DNA from: an uncultured Clostridia bacterium
Lineage (GTDB): Bacteria > Bacillota_I > Bacilli_A > RF39 > UBA660
Direction of reading: 5' to 3'
Assembly (NCBI GenBank): GCA_947165365.1
Contig: CAMVAF010000001.1
Location: 17,133 to 81,132, forward strand
Length of the DNA: 64,000 bases
Shown: positions 46,961 through 56,051 of the stretch, one piece after another
How positions within the stretch are numbered: position 1 is the stretch's first letter
Layout of the letters: each line of letters begins with the position of its first letter
Notes under the pieces: generated by a model
Seen by the model: only the letters and a program-made list of their open reading frames with translations
Told to the model about the DNA's origin: nothing
Databases searched by the model: none
Position numbers and translations under genes: made by a program

Positions 46961-49315
46961 TTATTCATATCTACAACATGTTTGAGATGTTGATTGCCCA
47001 GAACACATACCAGCACAAGCAGTACCGCATCCACTACATGGCACACCCCATCCAGCATGGCCATTTAAGGTACCGTTACATGACATTCCATATTCAGCAC
47101 ATGTAGGGGATGAACTTTTAATTTGCCATGATTTATTGGATGGAGCTGTATGGTTATCATCTGGTGTACAACTTGCTGTATATGTTCCAACAGCTGTTTT
47201 TTTACAATTTTTACATGTTCCACCAGTACAAGTACATCCTGTAATTGAACTTCCTGTATATGTTTTATTAGAGCATGAAAGTGTTGCTGCAACTTTATTT
47301 ATAGTAATATTTGCAGTTTTGGAAACAGAATTATAATTGGTTGTATCATTTGGTGTAAAAGTAACTGTTACTACCGCTGTTCCTGCACCTTTAGCAGTTA
47401 AGCTAATTACTACTTCATTATGATGATTTGTCCCATTTGTTACATTTATAGTTGAAGAACTAGCCGATGCGGTTACAATACTTGTTTTATTTGAAGAAAC
47501 TGATACACTACCATTTACTGTATGTGAATATGCTCCAAACATCGCAGTAGTTCCATAATTAAAGGTTTTCGTATTTTCAGTGATACTAAATACAGGAGTT
47601 GCTTTTGTAATAGTACATGGAACAGTCTTAGAAACGGAATGATAATTTGTTGTATCTTGTGGTGTAAAATTAATTACAATATCTGATGTACCTACATGCT
47701 CTCCACCTAAATATACAACAAATTCATTATGGTGAGTTGTCCAATCATTAGTTACTTCAATTGTTGATGAACTTGTCCAAACGGCTACTGATGTTGAATT
47801 TGTACTAGATACGTTTACACTTCCTCCAATAGTAAAAGAATATACTCCAAATGAATTAGTAGTTCCATATGTAAAAGTTTTGGTATTTTCAGTAACTGAT
47901 ATAACTGGGGTAGCTTTTGCTATGGAACACGTAAAGTCTTTATCTGTAGTTGTTCCATCACTCCATACCAATCCTTCTAGTAACTTGGCTTTTACTGTAT
48001 AATTTCCAGCATTTGTTCCTGTGTTATTATAAAATAACACTCCATACGGTTCGGTTTGGGTTAATTTTTGATTTTTTCCATTATATACTAAATTCGTTTG
48101 ACAACTACTACTTGAAGGAACTGATATTTTTGTTGTTGGAATAGTTGTAAGAACATGTGTTTGTCCTTCTGTTACAGTTGTATCATCATAAATTTCATTC
48201 ATTGTTCCTTTATATACCCATGCTATTATTATATTATTATAGTTATTTGGTAAATTTTCTAAATATCCATATTTTTTTCCTTTAATTACTTCAAAATTGC
48301 TTGTCTTACCATCTTCATATTCTAAAGTAACATAATATGATACATCAAAACTACTTGATTTTGTGGTAACATTTTGGACAACATCTTCTACTTTTACTTC
48401 TATATGATAACTTCCACTTGCTAAATTTTCATTAATTAGATACGTATTATCAGTTAAATTTTTAAAATCAACGTCTTCACATGTCTCATTTTCTAATTTA
48501 ATACAATATGATACTTTCTTTATTCCCATATCATCTTTAACATTATCTAATTTAATGGTAATATTTTTTTTACTCGTTCCATCAGTTATTACATATCTTT
48601 TATCATTAATAATATCAAAAGTTGGTGCTTCTTTATCTATTTTAACATTTATTATACGATCATCTGCTATCTTTACACCATCAGCACTATAAGCTGATAC
48701 TAAATAACTTCCACTATTTTCTATTTTTACATTGCATTTTTGATTAGTTGCTATACAATGATTATTCACTTTATCTATCGAATAATATGATAAATTACTA
48801 TCATCTAAATATAATTCTAAAATAACATTATCTTTTGTGACTTCTACATTTTTATATGATAACAAAGGATTATATTTATGATTATTATCTTTTTCTAAAT
48901 ATGCATTAACATTGATACTTCCTGGTACATATCCTTTACAAAAAGCTCCTTCACTTTCATAATCTAAACATTTTAAGCACACTTCATAATCATATTGTCT
49001 TGTGTTAGGGTTTCTTGTAACATATACTTCTCCACTTTCACAAGTACCACCTTTTTTATCTTTTACAGGCGATATATAATTATCATCTTCTAAATTATCT
49101 AATGTTACAACATTATATCCTTTAATTGGTAATTCGTCTCTATTTTTTTCAAAATATTCACTACCAGATAATAACAAACTTTGTTCTACTGTTTGGTAAT
49201 AATTTTTACTTGATGCATCAAAAATATTATTATATGCTACTACTCCTATTCCACCTATTATGGCTATAATGACAATTGTTACTATTAATTCGATTATCGT
49301 AAATCCTTTTTTCAT
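46961..49315 (-). CDS. 784-aa prepilin-type (N-terminal cleavage/methylation) protein with Ig-like repeats and a Cys-rich C-terminal tail
   Basis: MKKGFTIIELIVTIVIIAIIGGIG is a class III signal / pilin N-terminus. Two tandem ~105-aa repeats begin ATPV(I/F)S(V/I)TENTKTF.YGTT.... The last ~105 aa contain about 19 Cys. Confidence 0.75.
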   Translation of the reverse strand: MKKGFTIIELIVTIVIIAIIGGIGVVAYNNIFDASSKNYYQTVEQSLLLSGSEYFEKNRDELPIKGYNVVTLDNLEDDNYISPVKDKKGGTCESGEVYVTRNPNTRQYDYEVCLKCLDYESEGAFCKGYVPGSINVNAYLEKDNNHKYNPLLSYKNVEVTKDNVILELYLDDSNLSYYSIDKVNNHCIATNQKCNVKIENSGSYLVSAYSADGVKIADDRIINVKIDKEAPTFDIINDKRYVITDGTSKKNITIKLDNVKDDMGIKKVSYCIKLENETCEDVDFKNLTDNTYLINENLASGSYHIEVKVEDVVQNVTTKSSSFDVSYYVTLEYEDGKTSNFEVIKGKKYGYLENLPNNYNNIIIAWVYKGTMNEIYDDTTVTEGQTHVLTTIPTTKISVPSSSSCQTNLVYNGKNQKLTQTEPYGVLFYNNTGTNAGNYTVKAKLLEGLVWSDGTTTDKDFTCSIAKATPVISVTENTKTFTYGTTNSFGVYSFTIGGSVNVSSTNSTSVAVWTSSSTIEVTNDWTTHHNEFVVYLGGEHVGTSDIVINFTPQDTTNYHSVSKTVPCTITKATPVFSITENTKTFNYGTTAMFGAYSHTVNGSVSVSSNKTSIVTASASSSTINVTNGTNHHNEVVISLTAKGAGTAVVTVTFTPNDTTNYNSVSKTANITINKVAATLSCSNKTYTGSSITGCTCTGGTCKNCKKTAVGTYTASCTPDDNHTAPSNKSWQIKSSSPTCAEYGMSCNGTLNGHAGWGVPCSGCGTACAGMCSGQSTSQTCCRYE

Positions 49316-49366
49316 ACTAACCTACATTCCTTTCACTTTGTTCAAGGCACACATAGTGACGAAAAC

Positions 49367-49395
49367 TTGAACAAAATTTATTTTATATTTATAAT
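49367..49395 (+). promoter_or_regulatory. Sigma-A-type promoter in front of the IS110 structured RNA
   Basis: TTGAAC (49367-49372), a 17-nt spacer, then TATAAT (49390-49395). The predicted start is about 49402. Confidence 0.5.
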
Positions 49396-49402
49396 ATCAA
49401 CC

Positions 49403-49596
49403 TTGAAGGAGTGTGCACTACAAAGCACGGTGAGGTGAGTTGCAGATTTCCTGTAACTCATTTGATTAAATCAGCATACTAACCAGTGCAAATGTGATTG
49501 TTTCAAGCACACATAAGTAGTCCTTTAAAGCTGTAGACTAATCATTGACTTTAGTTAATTCTTAGTGTTAATCACATAGACAACTCACTCCTTCAA
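49403..49596 (+). ncRNA. Structured non-coding RNA of the IS110 left end (bridge-RNA / seekRNA-like candidate)
   Basis: The long-range helix UUGAAGGAGUG (49403-49413) / CACUCCUUCAA (49586-49596) encloses two stem-loop domains. These include the 9-bp stem GAGUUGCAG/CUGUAACUC (49436-49458) and the helix AUGUGAUU (49492-49499) / AAUCACAU (49571-49578). The region is GC-enriched relative to its surroundings. Confidence 0.45.
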
Positions 49597-49622
49597 AAAT
49601 ATTTTGAAAGGAAGTTTTATTT

Positions 49623-50906
49623 ATGGAAGTTATTTATTCAAAAGCATGTGGTGTTGATGTGCACAAAACATTTATAGTTGCTGTCATTTGTGACTCAACT
49701 TCCATCACACCTAAATATTCAAGAAAACGTTTTTCTACCTTTAATAACGATTTAATCCGTTTTAAAGATTGGCTTATTGAAAACGATTGTCAGAATGTAT
49801 GCATGGAATCTACTGGAAAGTATTACGTCCCTGTATACAATGCATTAGAAAATTTTATTTCTAATGTCGTCGTTGCTAATCCTAAATGGGTTAAAGCCAT
49901 TAAAGGTGAGAAAGACGATAACAAGGATGCAAAATGAATTGCAGACTTGTTTAAAATGGGATTAGTTCGTTCTTCTTATATTCCATCGAAAGATTTTAGA
50001 ATCTTAAGAGAATTTACAAGATATCGTTATAAACTTACTAATACCAAATCATCAGAGAAGAATAGATTTACTAATGCTCTTACTGTTGGTAATTGCAAAT
50101 TAGATATGGTATTTACCGATATTTTTGGTAAATCTTCTCAATCTATTGTTAGTATCATTTTAAATAATGATAATTTCTCAGACGAAGATATTATAAGTTG
50201 TATTGATAAAAAATGCAAATCTTCTAATGAAGATATTTTATCTTCAATTGATGGAATACAATTTACTAACGAACAAAAACTAAGAATTAATATTGTCAAA
50301 GATCATATTGATTATCTTAATAATCAAATAACTAAATTAAACGATATAATTGATACTTTAATTGCACCATATGAATCTTACATTAACCTACTTTGTACTA
50401 CTCCAGGTGTTGACAGAAATTCCGCAATTGGTATTTTATCAGAGATTAGTAATAATGTCACACAGTTTAAATCCCATTATCGTCTTGCTTCATGGGCTGG
50501 TCTTGCTCCTGGCTGTAATGAATCTGCTGGCAAGAAAAAATCCGTTAAAATTTCACGTGCTGGTGTTTATCTTAAACCATACCTTGTTGAAGTTGCACAC
50601 TGCGCTATTAAAGACAAGACGAATTCTTATTATGCAAAGAAATTTGAGAAAATTTCTAAACGTCGTGGTAAGAAACGTGCAATTATTGCGATTGCTAGAA
50701 AAATTTTAGTTGCTATCTATCATATGTTTGAAACTGGTGAAGTTTGGAATCCTGTTGATTTAGCATCAATTGAAACACCTGTTGAAGATAGAATTAAATA
50801 CACTAAAAATAATTTCAATCAATCACTTAAACAATTATTATCTTTAGGACTTACATCTGAAGAATTAATAAATTTAATTAAGCAGAATGCCAATTTAAAT
50901 AGTTAA
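49623..50906 (+). pseudogene. IS110-family (DEDD) transposase with a single in-frame TGA at codon 105
   Basis: The two ORF-track ORFs (49623..49937 and 49947..50906) are in the same frame, separated only by TGA 49935-49937. The joined sequence reads ...KDDNKDAK-[TGA]-IADLFKMGLVRSSYIP. N-terminal ACGVDVHK and the C-terminal Transposase_20-like region (LCTTPGVDRNSAIGILSEI) are present. Confidence 0.8.
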
Positions 50907-50922
50907 ATTTTGACTTTAACTT

Positions 50923-50950
50923 GGGGTAAGGGGAAGTCTACCCTTTTTTA
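50923..50950 (+). terminator. Terminator after the IS110 transposase gene
   Basis: GGGTA-aggggaagtc-TACCC followed by TTTTTT. Confidence 0.55.
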
Positions 50951-51053
50951 GTTCTTTTTATAAAATAAATTTTATTTTTGTTTTCAGACTATCACCTATT
51001 ATAATTTTATCACACAAAAAAAAGAAAAGATATATTTTTTTTAAAATTCTTTC

Positions 51054-52139
51054 CTATATTTCTATTAAATCAATATTTTCTTCATCTTTTAGTTCGACAT
51101 TACTAATCTTATCAAATCTTTTTTTAATTTTATCTGTTGTTACCTGAAAAGATAAAGCATCATTATTAACCGTTTGAATACTTTTAGATAATTTATCAAA
51201 TCTTTCTTTAAATCTTGTAAACTCTATACCAAGTTTATTTAATTCTTCATGAATAATATTTGCATATTTATCTCTTTCTATATTTTGAACTATCATCATA
51301 ATCATCGATAAAGTTGATATCAGCGTTGTAGGCGAAACTAGCCAAACTCTTCTTTTATATGCATATTCTACTAAATCATAATGATATGCATTAATCTCAG
51401 CAAAAATAGCTTCAGCTGGAATAAACATCATCGCACTATCACTTGTAACACCATCAATAATATATTTATCATGGATATCATCAATATGTTTCTTCACATC
51501 TCTTTTAAATTCTTTAAAAGCAACATTTCTTATACTATCATCTTTCTTTTTATCAACCATTATTTGGTAATTTTCTAAAGGAAACTTAGAATCAATTACA
51601 ATTGTTCCTAAAGGATTAGGTGCAAAAATAACAGAGTCGGCTATTGTATTATTAGGTAGGCGATACTGAATAGAATATAATCTATCATTTCTTTCACCAA
51701 AAACACTTTTGAGAATATTATTTAAATTAACTTCTCCAAAAATACCTCTTGTTTTTTTATCAGTTAGAACACTTTCTAAACTTACAATATCCATAGATAA
51801 ATTATCAATTTTCTTTTGGGCTTCATCAATTTTAGATAATCTTTCAACAACTTCTGTAAAAGTTTTATTTGTTTTTTCAAAATTATTATCAATTCTATCA
51901 TGGACAGTTTTATTAATATTATCAAGTCTTACATCTATCTTTTCATTCATGTTAGTAAAATCATTCACAATATTTTTTTCTAAATCACTTTTAAAATCCA
52001 AGATATTTTTATTTATAGATATTTCAAATCGAGACAATCTTTCCAACATATCCAAATTTGCTTTATTATTACCTTTAAATAGCATTATAATAACTAAAAC
52101 AATTAATATTATCAATAAACCAATTATTAAATACTCCAT
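51054..52139 (-). CDS. rmuC: DNA recombination protein RmuC
   Basis: N-terminal TM, long coiled coil, then ADSVIFAPNPLGTIVIDSKFPLENY and MFIPAEAIFAEI, which are typical of RmuC. Confidence 0.82.
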   Translation of the reverse strand: MEYLIIGLLIILIVLVIIMLFKGNNKANLDMLERLSRFEISINKNILDFKSDLEKNIVNDFTNMNEKIDVRLDNINKTVHDRIDNNFEKTNKTFTEVVERLSKIDEAQKKIDNLSMDIVSLESVLTDKKTRGIFGEVNLNNILKSVFGERNDRLYSIQYRLPNNTIADSVIFAPNPLGTIVIDSKFPLENYQIMVDKKKDDSIRNVAFKEFKRDVKKHIDDIHDKYIIDGVTSDSAMMFIPAEAIFAEINAYHYDLVEYAYKRRVWLVSPTTLISTLSMIMMIVQNIERDKYANIIHEELNKLGIEFTRFKERFDKLSKSIQTVNNDALSFQVTTDKIKKRFDKISNVELKDEENIDLIEI

Positions 52140-52141
52140 AA

Positions 52142-53146
52142 TTACCTACTTTCTAAATATTCAACCGCATCTTTTAATGTTTTCACCATGACAATATCAA
52201 TATGATAATTATTCTTATTTTTTTCATCTAAAGCCTCTTTATAATTTTCTTCTGGTACAAAGAAAATATCAGCATCACTTTTTACTGCTCCCTTAAGTTT
52301 ATATTTAACTCCCCCAATTTCACCAACATTACCATTACCATCAATTGTTCCAGTACCAACTATTTTTCTTCCTTTAGTAATATCTTTATCAATCTTATTA
52401 TAAATATAAAGACTGGTCATCAAGCCACCACTTGATCCACCTTCACTACTTTTAAATTTAAAATTGATTTCTTTATCAATATCGTAATCATATAATTTAA
52501 CAAGATATAATCCAGCTTTCTTTTCTCCTTCTATTTCTTTTAAATAAAAATAGCCTTCTTTTACTTTATCATCTCTTTCATAAACAATACTTATCTTATC
52601 ACCAATATTAAAATCTTTAATAATATCTTTAATATCACTAAATTCTTTTAATGGAGTATTATTAATACTAATAATAGTATCCCCAATTTTTAAATCTGTT
52701 TCACTCTCTTTATATAAATATAGTACTTTTAATAATTCTTTATTAATCTTTAAACCATATCCTTTTAATTTATAAGCCGCTATTATACTAGATGAGTTAG
52801 CCTCCTCTAAATACAATTCTTCTCTTTTCCACATATCAGATGCATTATCATTTTCATCTACTTTAGCATCATTTATGCTTTCTCTTTGCCAATCAAAAAC
52901 ATAACTTAATAAATAAGTTGGGATAGTTCCTCTTAAACTTTTAACATAACAAATATTTAAACTACCATCTAAATCTTTAGAATCACTTACAATAACACGG
53001 TCTTTTAAATCAATTATTCCACCACCTACATAAATATTATAAGGAAGACGATAAAAACCTAAGAATATAATTATAAGCATTAAAATAATAAATATATATT
53101 CTTCTTTAATAAATTTAATAGTTTTTTCATATATTTTATTAATCAT
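52142..53146 (-). CDS. ylbL: YlbL/SepM-type PDZ + Lon-like (S16) serine protease
   Basis: N-terminal TM, a PDZ segment (GDTIISINNTPLKEFSDI), and SEGGSSGGLMTSLYIY...VGTGTIDGNGNVGEIGGVKYKLKGA. Confidence 0.78.
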   Translation of the reverse strand: MINKIYEKTIKFIKEEYIFIILMLIIIFLGFYRLPYNIYVGGGIIDLKDRVIVSDSKDLDGSLNICYVKSLRGTIPTYLLSYVFDWQRESINDAKVDENDNASDMWKREELYLEEANSSSIIAAYKLKGYGLKINKELLKVLYLYKESETDLKIGDTIISINNTPLKEFSDIKDIIKDFNIGDKISIVYERDDKVKEGYFYLKEIEGEKKAGLYLVKLYDYDIDKEINFKFKSSEGGSSGGLMTSLYIYNKIDKDITKGRKIVGTGTIDGNGNVGEIGGVKYKLKGAVKSDADIFFVPEENYKEALDEKNKNNYHIDIVMVKTLKDAVEYLESR

Positions 53147-53188
53147 TATATATCACCTATAACATTATAACAAAAAAGGAAGAGAAAA

Positions 53189-54127
53189 ATGAATAGAAAA
53201 TTAAATAGTTTACTAATTTCTTTAATAATTGTCTTTTTTTTGACACAATTTCTTATTAATAGTGAAAATTTATTTAATACTTTTTTTTCAAGTATTGATA
53301 TGTGGTTTACAAAATTATTTCCTACAATGTTTATCTTCTTTATTCTAAATGATTTATTAAATAATTATCATTTTCCTCTCATCATGAGTAAAATATTTGG
53401 TAAAATTTTTAATAAATTATTCAAATTACCCAAAACATCATCATACATTGTTTTTCTTTCAATGACGTCTGGTTTTCCTAGTAACGCTAAAATTATTCTT
53501 GATGCACTTGATAATAAAATAATCAATGAAATGGATGCTAATAAACTTCTAACAATGACACATTTTTCCAATCCACTTTTTATTATTTATACTGTAGGAA
53601 CCAATGTTTTACATGACAAAAAAATAGGATTTATTATTTTATTATCTCATTATTTAACAAATTTTATCGTAGGTTTTCTCTTTAGGAATATCTACAAAGA
53701 AAATATTAATAATCAAAAAGAAATAGCCTATAAGCCATCTCTTCCGTTTATTAATGTTTTAAAAAATTCTATTAATAATACTATTAAAATATCATTAAAT
53801 GTCCTAGGAATCATAATTTTCTTTTCCTTATTCATTAAAATCATTAATAATTATTTAAATCTTCATTCATTTTCTAATTTATTATTAAATGGTCTATTAG
53901 AAATAACAAATGGATTTAATATTTTAAAAGATAGCGTTATTTCACCGTTTAAAGCCGCTATCTTATCTTCCTTTTTCCTCTCTTTTGGAGGAATATCGAT
54001 TCATATGCAAATATCTTCCATATTATCAAAATATCAATTAAACTATTATCTATACTTAATTGCTAGATTAATTCATGGAGGAATATCATCTTTATTAACC
54101 TTAATTATTTTAATTAAGTGTTATTAA
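53189..54127 (+). CDS. ylbJ: Sporulation integral membrane protein YlbJ (nucleoside-recognition/Gate-type)
   Basis: The protein is multi-TM, with MTSGFPSNAKII and LNGLLEITNG blocks. It lies divergent from ylbL, as in Bacillus. Confidence 0.7.
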   Translation: MNRKLNSLLISLIIVFFLTQFLINSENLFNTFFSSIDMWFTKLFPTMFIFFILNDLLNNYHFPLIMSKIFGKIFNKLFKLPKTSSYIVFLSMTSGFPSNAKIILDALDNKIINEMDANKLLTMTHFSNPLFIIYTVGTNVLHDKKIGFIILLSHYLTNFIVGFLFRNIYKENINNQKEIAYKPSLPFINVLKNSINNTIKISLNVLGIIIFFSLFIKIINNYLNLHSFSNLLLNGLLEITNGFNILKDSVISPFKAAILSSFFLSFGGISIHMQISSILSKYQLNYYLYLIARLIHGGISSLLTLIILIKCY

Positions 54128-54646
54128 TATATCATATTCTTCATCAATTAAATAATGTTTAAAAGATATTTTAACAGTAAAAATTTTATTTTGATAATTA
54201 GTGTATTTAAAATCAGTAATATTACAAGCAGAATCAGTAACATTCCTAGTATATTGAGTATTTCCATCCATATCAGTATATGTTTCTTCATATACTTTAT
54301 TTAAATTACTATCAGGTAATAGATATCTAGTACCATTATAATTTATATATACACCACTAGTCTCAACTTCAACTTTAAGAGTATGAACACTTTCATCCTT
54401 ACCAATAAAATTAACACAGTTATCTTCACCAACACATTCACTCATTCTAACAACAGAATATCTTATAATATCATCATAAACTGTTTTTAAAATAGTATTT
54501 TTAAAATCAAATAGTTGTGATTTAACTTCTTCATCATTAACTTTTCCACGATAAGCAGTGGTAAAACCGATTAGAGAAGTTAAAATAACAACAACCATAA
54601 TAAATGATACAATAAGCTCAATTGTCGTAAAACCTTTTTTATTCAT
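54110..54646 (-). CDS. Prepilin-type N-terminal cleavage/methylation domain protein (pseudopilin)
   Basis: MNKKGFTTIELIVSFIMVVVILTSL. The ORF-track start is 54679. ATG 54646 follows an AGAGGGT RBS. Confidence 0.65.
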   Translation of the reverse strand: MNKKGFTTIELIVSFIMVVVILTSLIGFTTAYRGKVNDEEVKSQLFDFKNTILKTVYDDIIRYSVVRMSECVGEDNCVNFIGKDESVHTLKVEVETSGVYINYNGTRYLLPDSNLNKVYEETYTDMDGNTQYTRNVTDSACNITDFKYTNYQNKIFTVKISFKHYLIDEEYDILITLN

Positions 54647-54715
54647 ATGACCCTCTATCCTATATATATCATACACCATTTTTTTTGAATATTCAATAAA
54701 AGAAAAGTAGATATT

Positions 54716-55099
54716 CTACTTTTCGTTATTAGCACACCACATTATATAAATAGACATTATCACTAAAAGGATAGATAATATTATATAATTAACCATAAAA
54801 TATTTAATAGTATTATCCATAACAACAATCTTATCATAATATGTTTTAAAAACAATAACTCCTAAATATAAACTAAATCCAACTTGCATAAGATTATAAA
54901 CAATATCTTTTTTATAATATTTTTTTTGAGATAATACTTGCCATATCATTAAAAAAGCATAAAGAATAAAAATTGTTAAATAAATATATCCAACTACTCC
55001 CACTTGCATTATATTTTGAATCAACATAAAAGTTAGAATAAGTGATATTACAAAGAAAATCATTCTCAAATAATAAAATACTTTTTCATTTTTTTTCAA
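54716..55099 (-). CDS. Hypothetical polytopic membrane protein
   Basis: It has four hydrophobic segments and no recognisable motif. Confidence 0.45.
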   Translation of the reverse strand: MKKNEKVFYYLRMIFFVISLILTFMLIQNIMQVGVVGYIYLTIFILYAFLMIWQVLSQKKYYKKDIVYNLMQVGFSLYLGVIVFKTYYDKIVVMDNTIKYFMVNYIILSILLVIMSIYIMWCANNEK

Positions 55100-55109
55100 A
55101 AAAATTCAC

Positions 55110-56024
55110 CTAATCCTTTAATTTTTGAGTAGTTTCCATTCGATATATATCACTAAATTCTTCAAAAAAATGATTCATTTCTTTCTTTATAACATCAGGA
55201 TATACTAATTTTGTATTTTCAATTGCTTTTTTTATATCTCTAATTCCAACTTCTTTTTTATTATCAAAAACAGCGTAAGAAAAGGCTTGTTGAAGAATTG
55301 TCAAAGCGATATCAGGATACCTTGCAGAATACTCATATACTCTTTTATATTCACTTGTTATATCAACAATAAATGTCATTATTTTTTCTTGAATAAATGG
55401 TGTATACTTAAGTTTTGCTCCTGTTAATTTTTCAAATTTTGGGAATGTTCCCATAAGTATTTTTATCGTATGTTCTCTTGTTGGTTCCTCTACATCAATT
55501 TTAGTAAATCTTCTTACAAAAGCTTTATCACGTAAAATATATGTGTCATATTCATCACTTGTCGTTGCACCTATTATTTTAATATTACCACGGTCAAGTC
55601 CTGGTTTAAATACTTGCGCAAAGTCCATAGAATCACTATCATTTCCTGTATCAATTAAAGTATGAATTTCATCAATAAATAATATTAATTTTTGATTATC
55701 CTTAATTTCATTTAGTAATACCGTTATCTTAGGTTCATTAGTACCTGGCATAACACCAATAAGAGATGCAGTATTAAGTTTATAAATACTGTATCCTTTT
55801 AAGGCATCTGGTACTTCCCCTCTTTTTATATGATAACCAAGTCCTTCTACAATCGCTGTTTTACCAATACCTGGTTTACCAACTAATATTCCAGATTTTT
55901 CCGGTGTTAATAAAACTAAGATCAGTTGTTTAATTTCTTCATCTCTTCCTATAGCAGGATTTGTAATATATTCTCTTTTAGTAAAATTTTCTCCATATCT
56001 TTCTAATAAACTATCATTCATCAT
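55110..56024 (-). CDS. AAA+ ATPase resembling a stand-alone Clp/Hsp100 D1 module
   Basis: NPAIGRDEEIKQLILVLLTPEKSGILVGKPGIGKTAIVEGLGYHIKRGEVPDALKG and ILFIDEIHTLI, with ATTSDEY...D.AFVRRF. Confidence 0.7.
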   Translation of the reverse strand: MMNDSLLERYGENFTKREYITNPAIGRDEEIKQLILVLLTPEKSGILVGKPGIGKTAIVEGLGYHIKRGEVPDALKGYSIYKLNTASLIGVMPGTNEPKITVLLNEIKDNQKLILFIDEIHTLIDTGNDSDSMDFAQVFKPGLDRGNIKIIGATTSDEYDTYILRDKAFVRRFTKIDVEEPTREHTIKILMGTFPKFEKLTGAKLKYTPFIQEKIMTFIVDITSEYKRVYEYSARYPDIALTILQQAFSYAVFDNKKEVGIRDIKKAIENTKLVYPDVIKKEMNHFFEEFSDIYRMETTQKLKD

Positions 56025-56051
56025 ATCACCTTTTATTCTTAATTAATTATA

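Larger units (their letters stand above)
49336..50990 (+). mobile_element. IS110-family insertion sequence (ends approximate)
   Basis: It holds an IS110-type transposase gene with a ~290-nt structured non-coding left end and a short right end. TTGTT(T)CA(A)G-like sequences occur near both proposed ends (49338-49347 and 50977-50987). The exact termini are not determinable from one copy. Confidence 0.7.

Noticed and set aside
47065-47336. Overlapping 66-75-aa ORFs on both strands lie in the GC-richer 3' end of the giant prepilin gene.
   Set aside because: They are by-products of locally reduced stop-codon frequency in the Cys/Gly/Thr-rich coding region. The minus-strand prepilin frame is continuous through it.
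49935-49937. The host genome might use genetic code 4 (TGA = Trp).
   Set aside because: All other long genes translate cleanly under code 11 with Trp as TGG (for example gpmA, the GH25 gene and CotH). The ORF track under the standard code yields full-length proteins. Only this one TGA is anomalous.
50362-50709. A 115-aa plus-strand ORF lies in an alternative frame of the IS110 transposase.
   Set aside because: It is out of frame with the conserved transposase sequence and has no start context.
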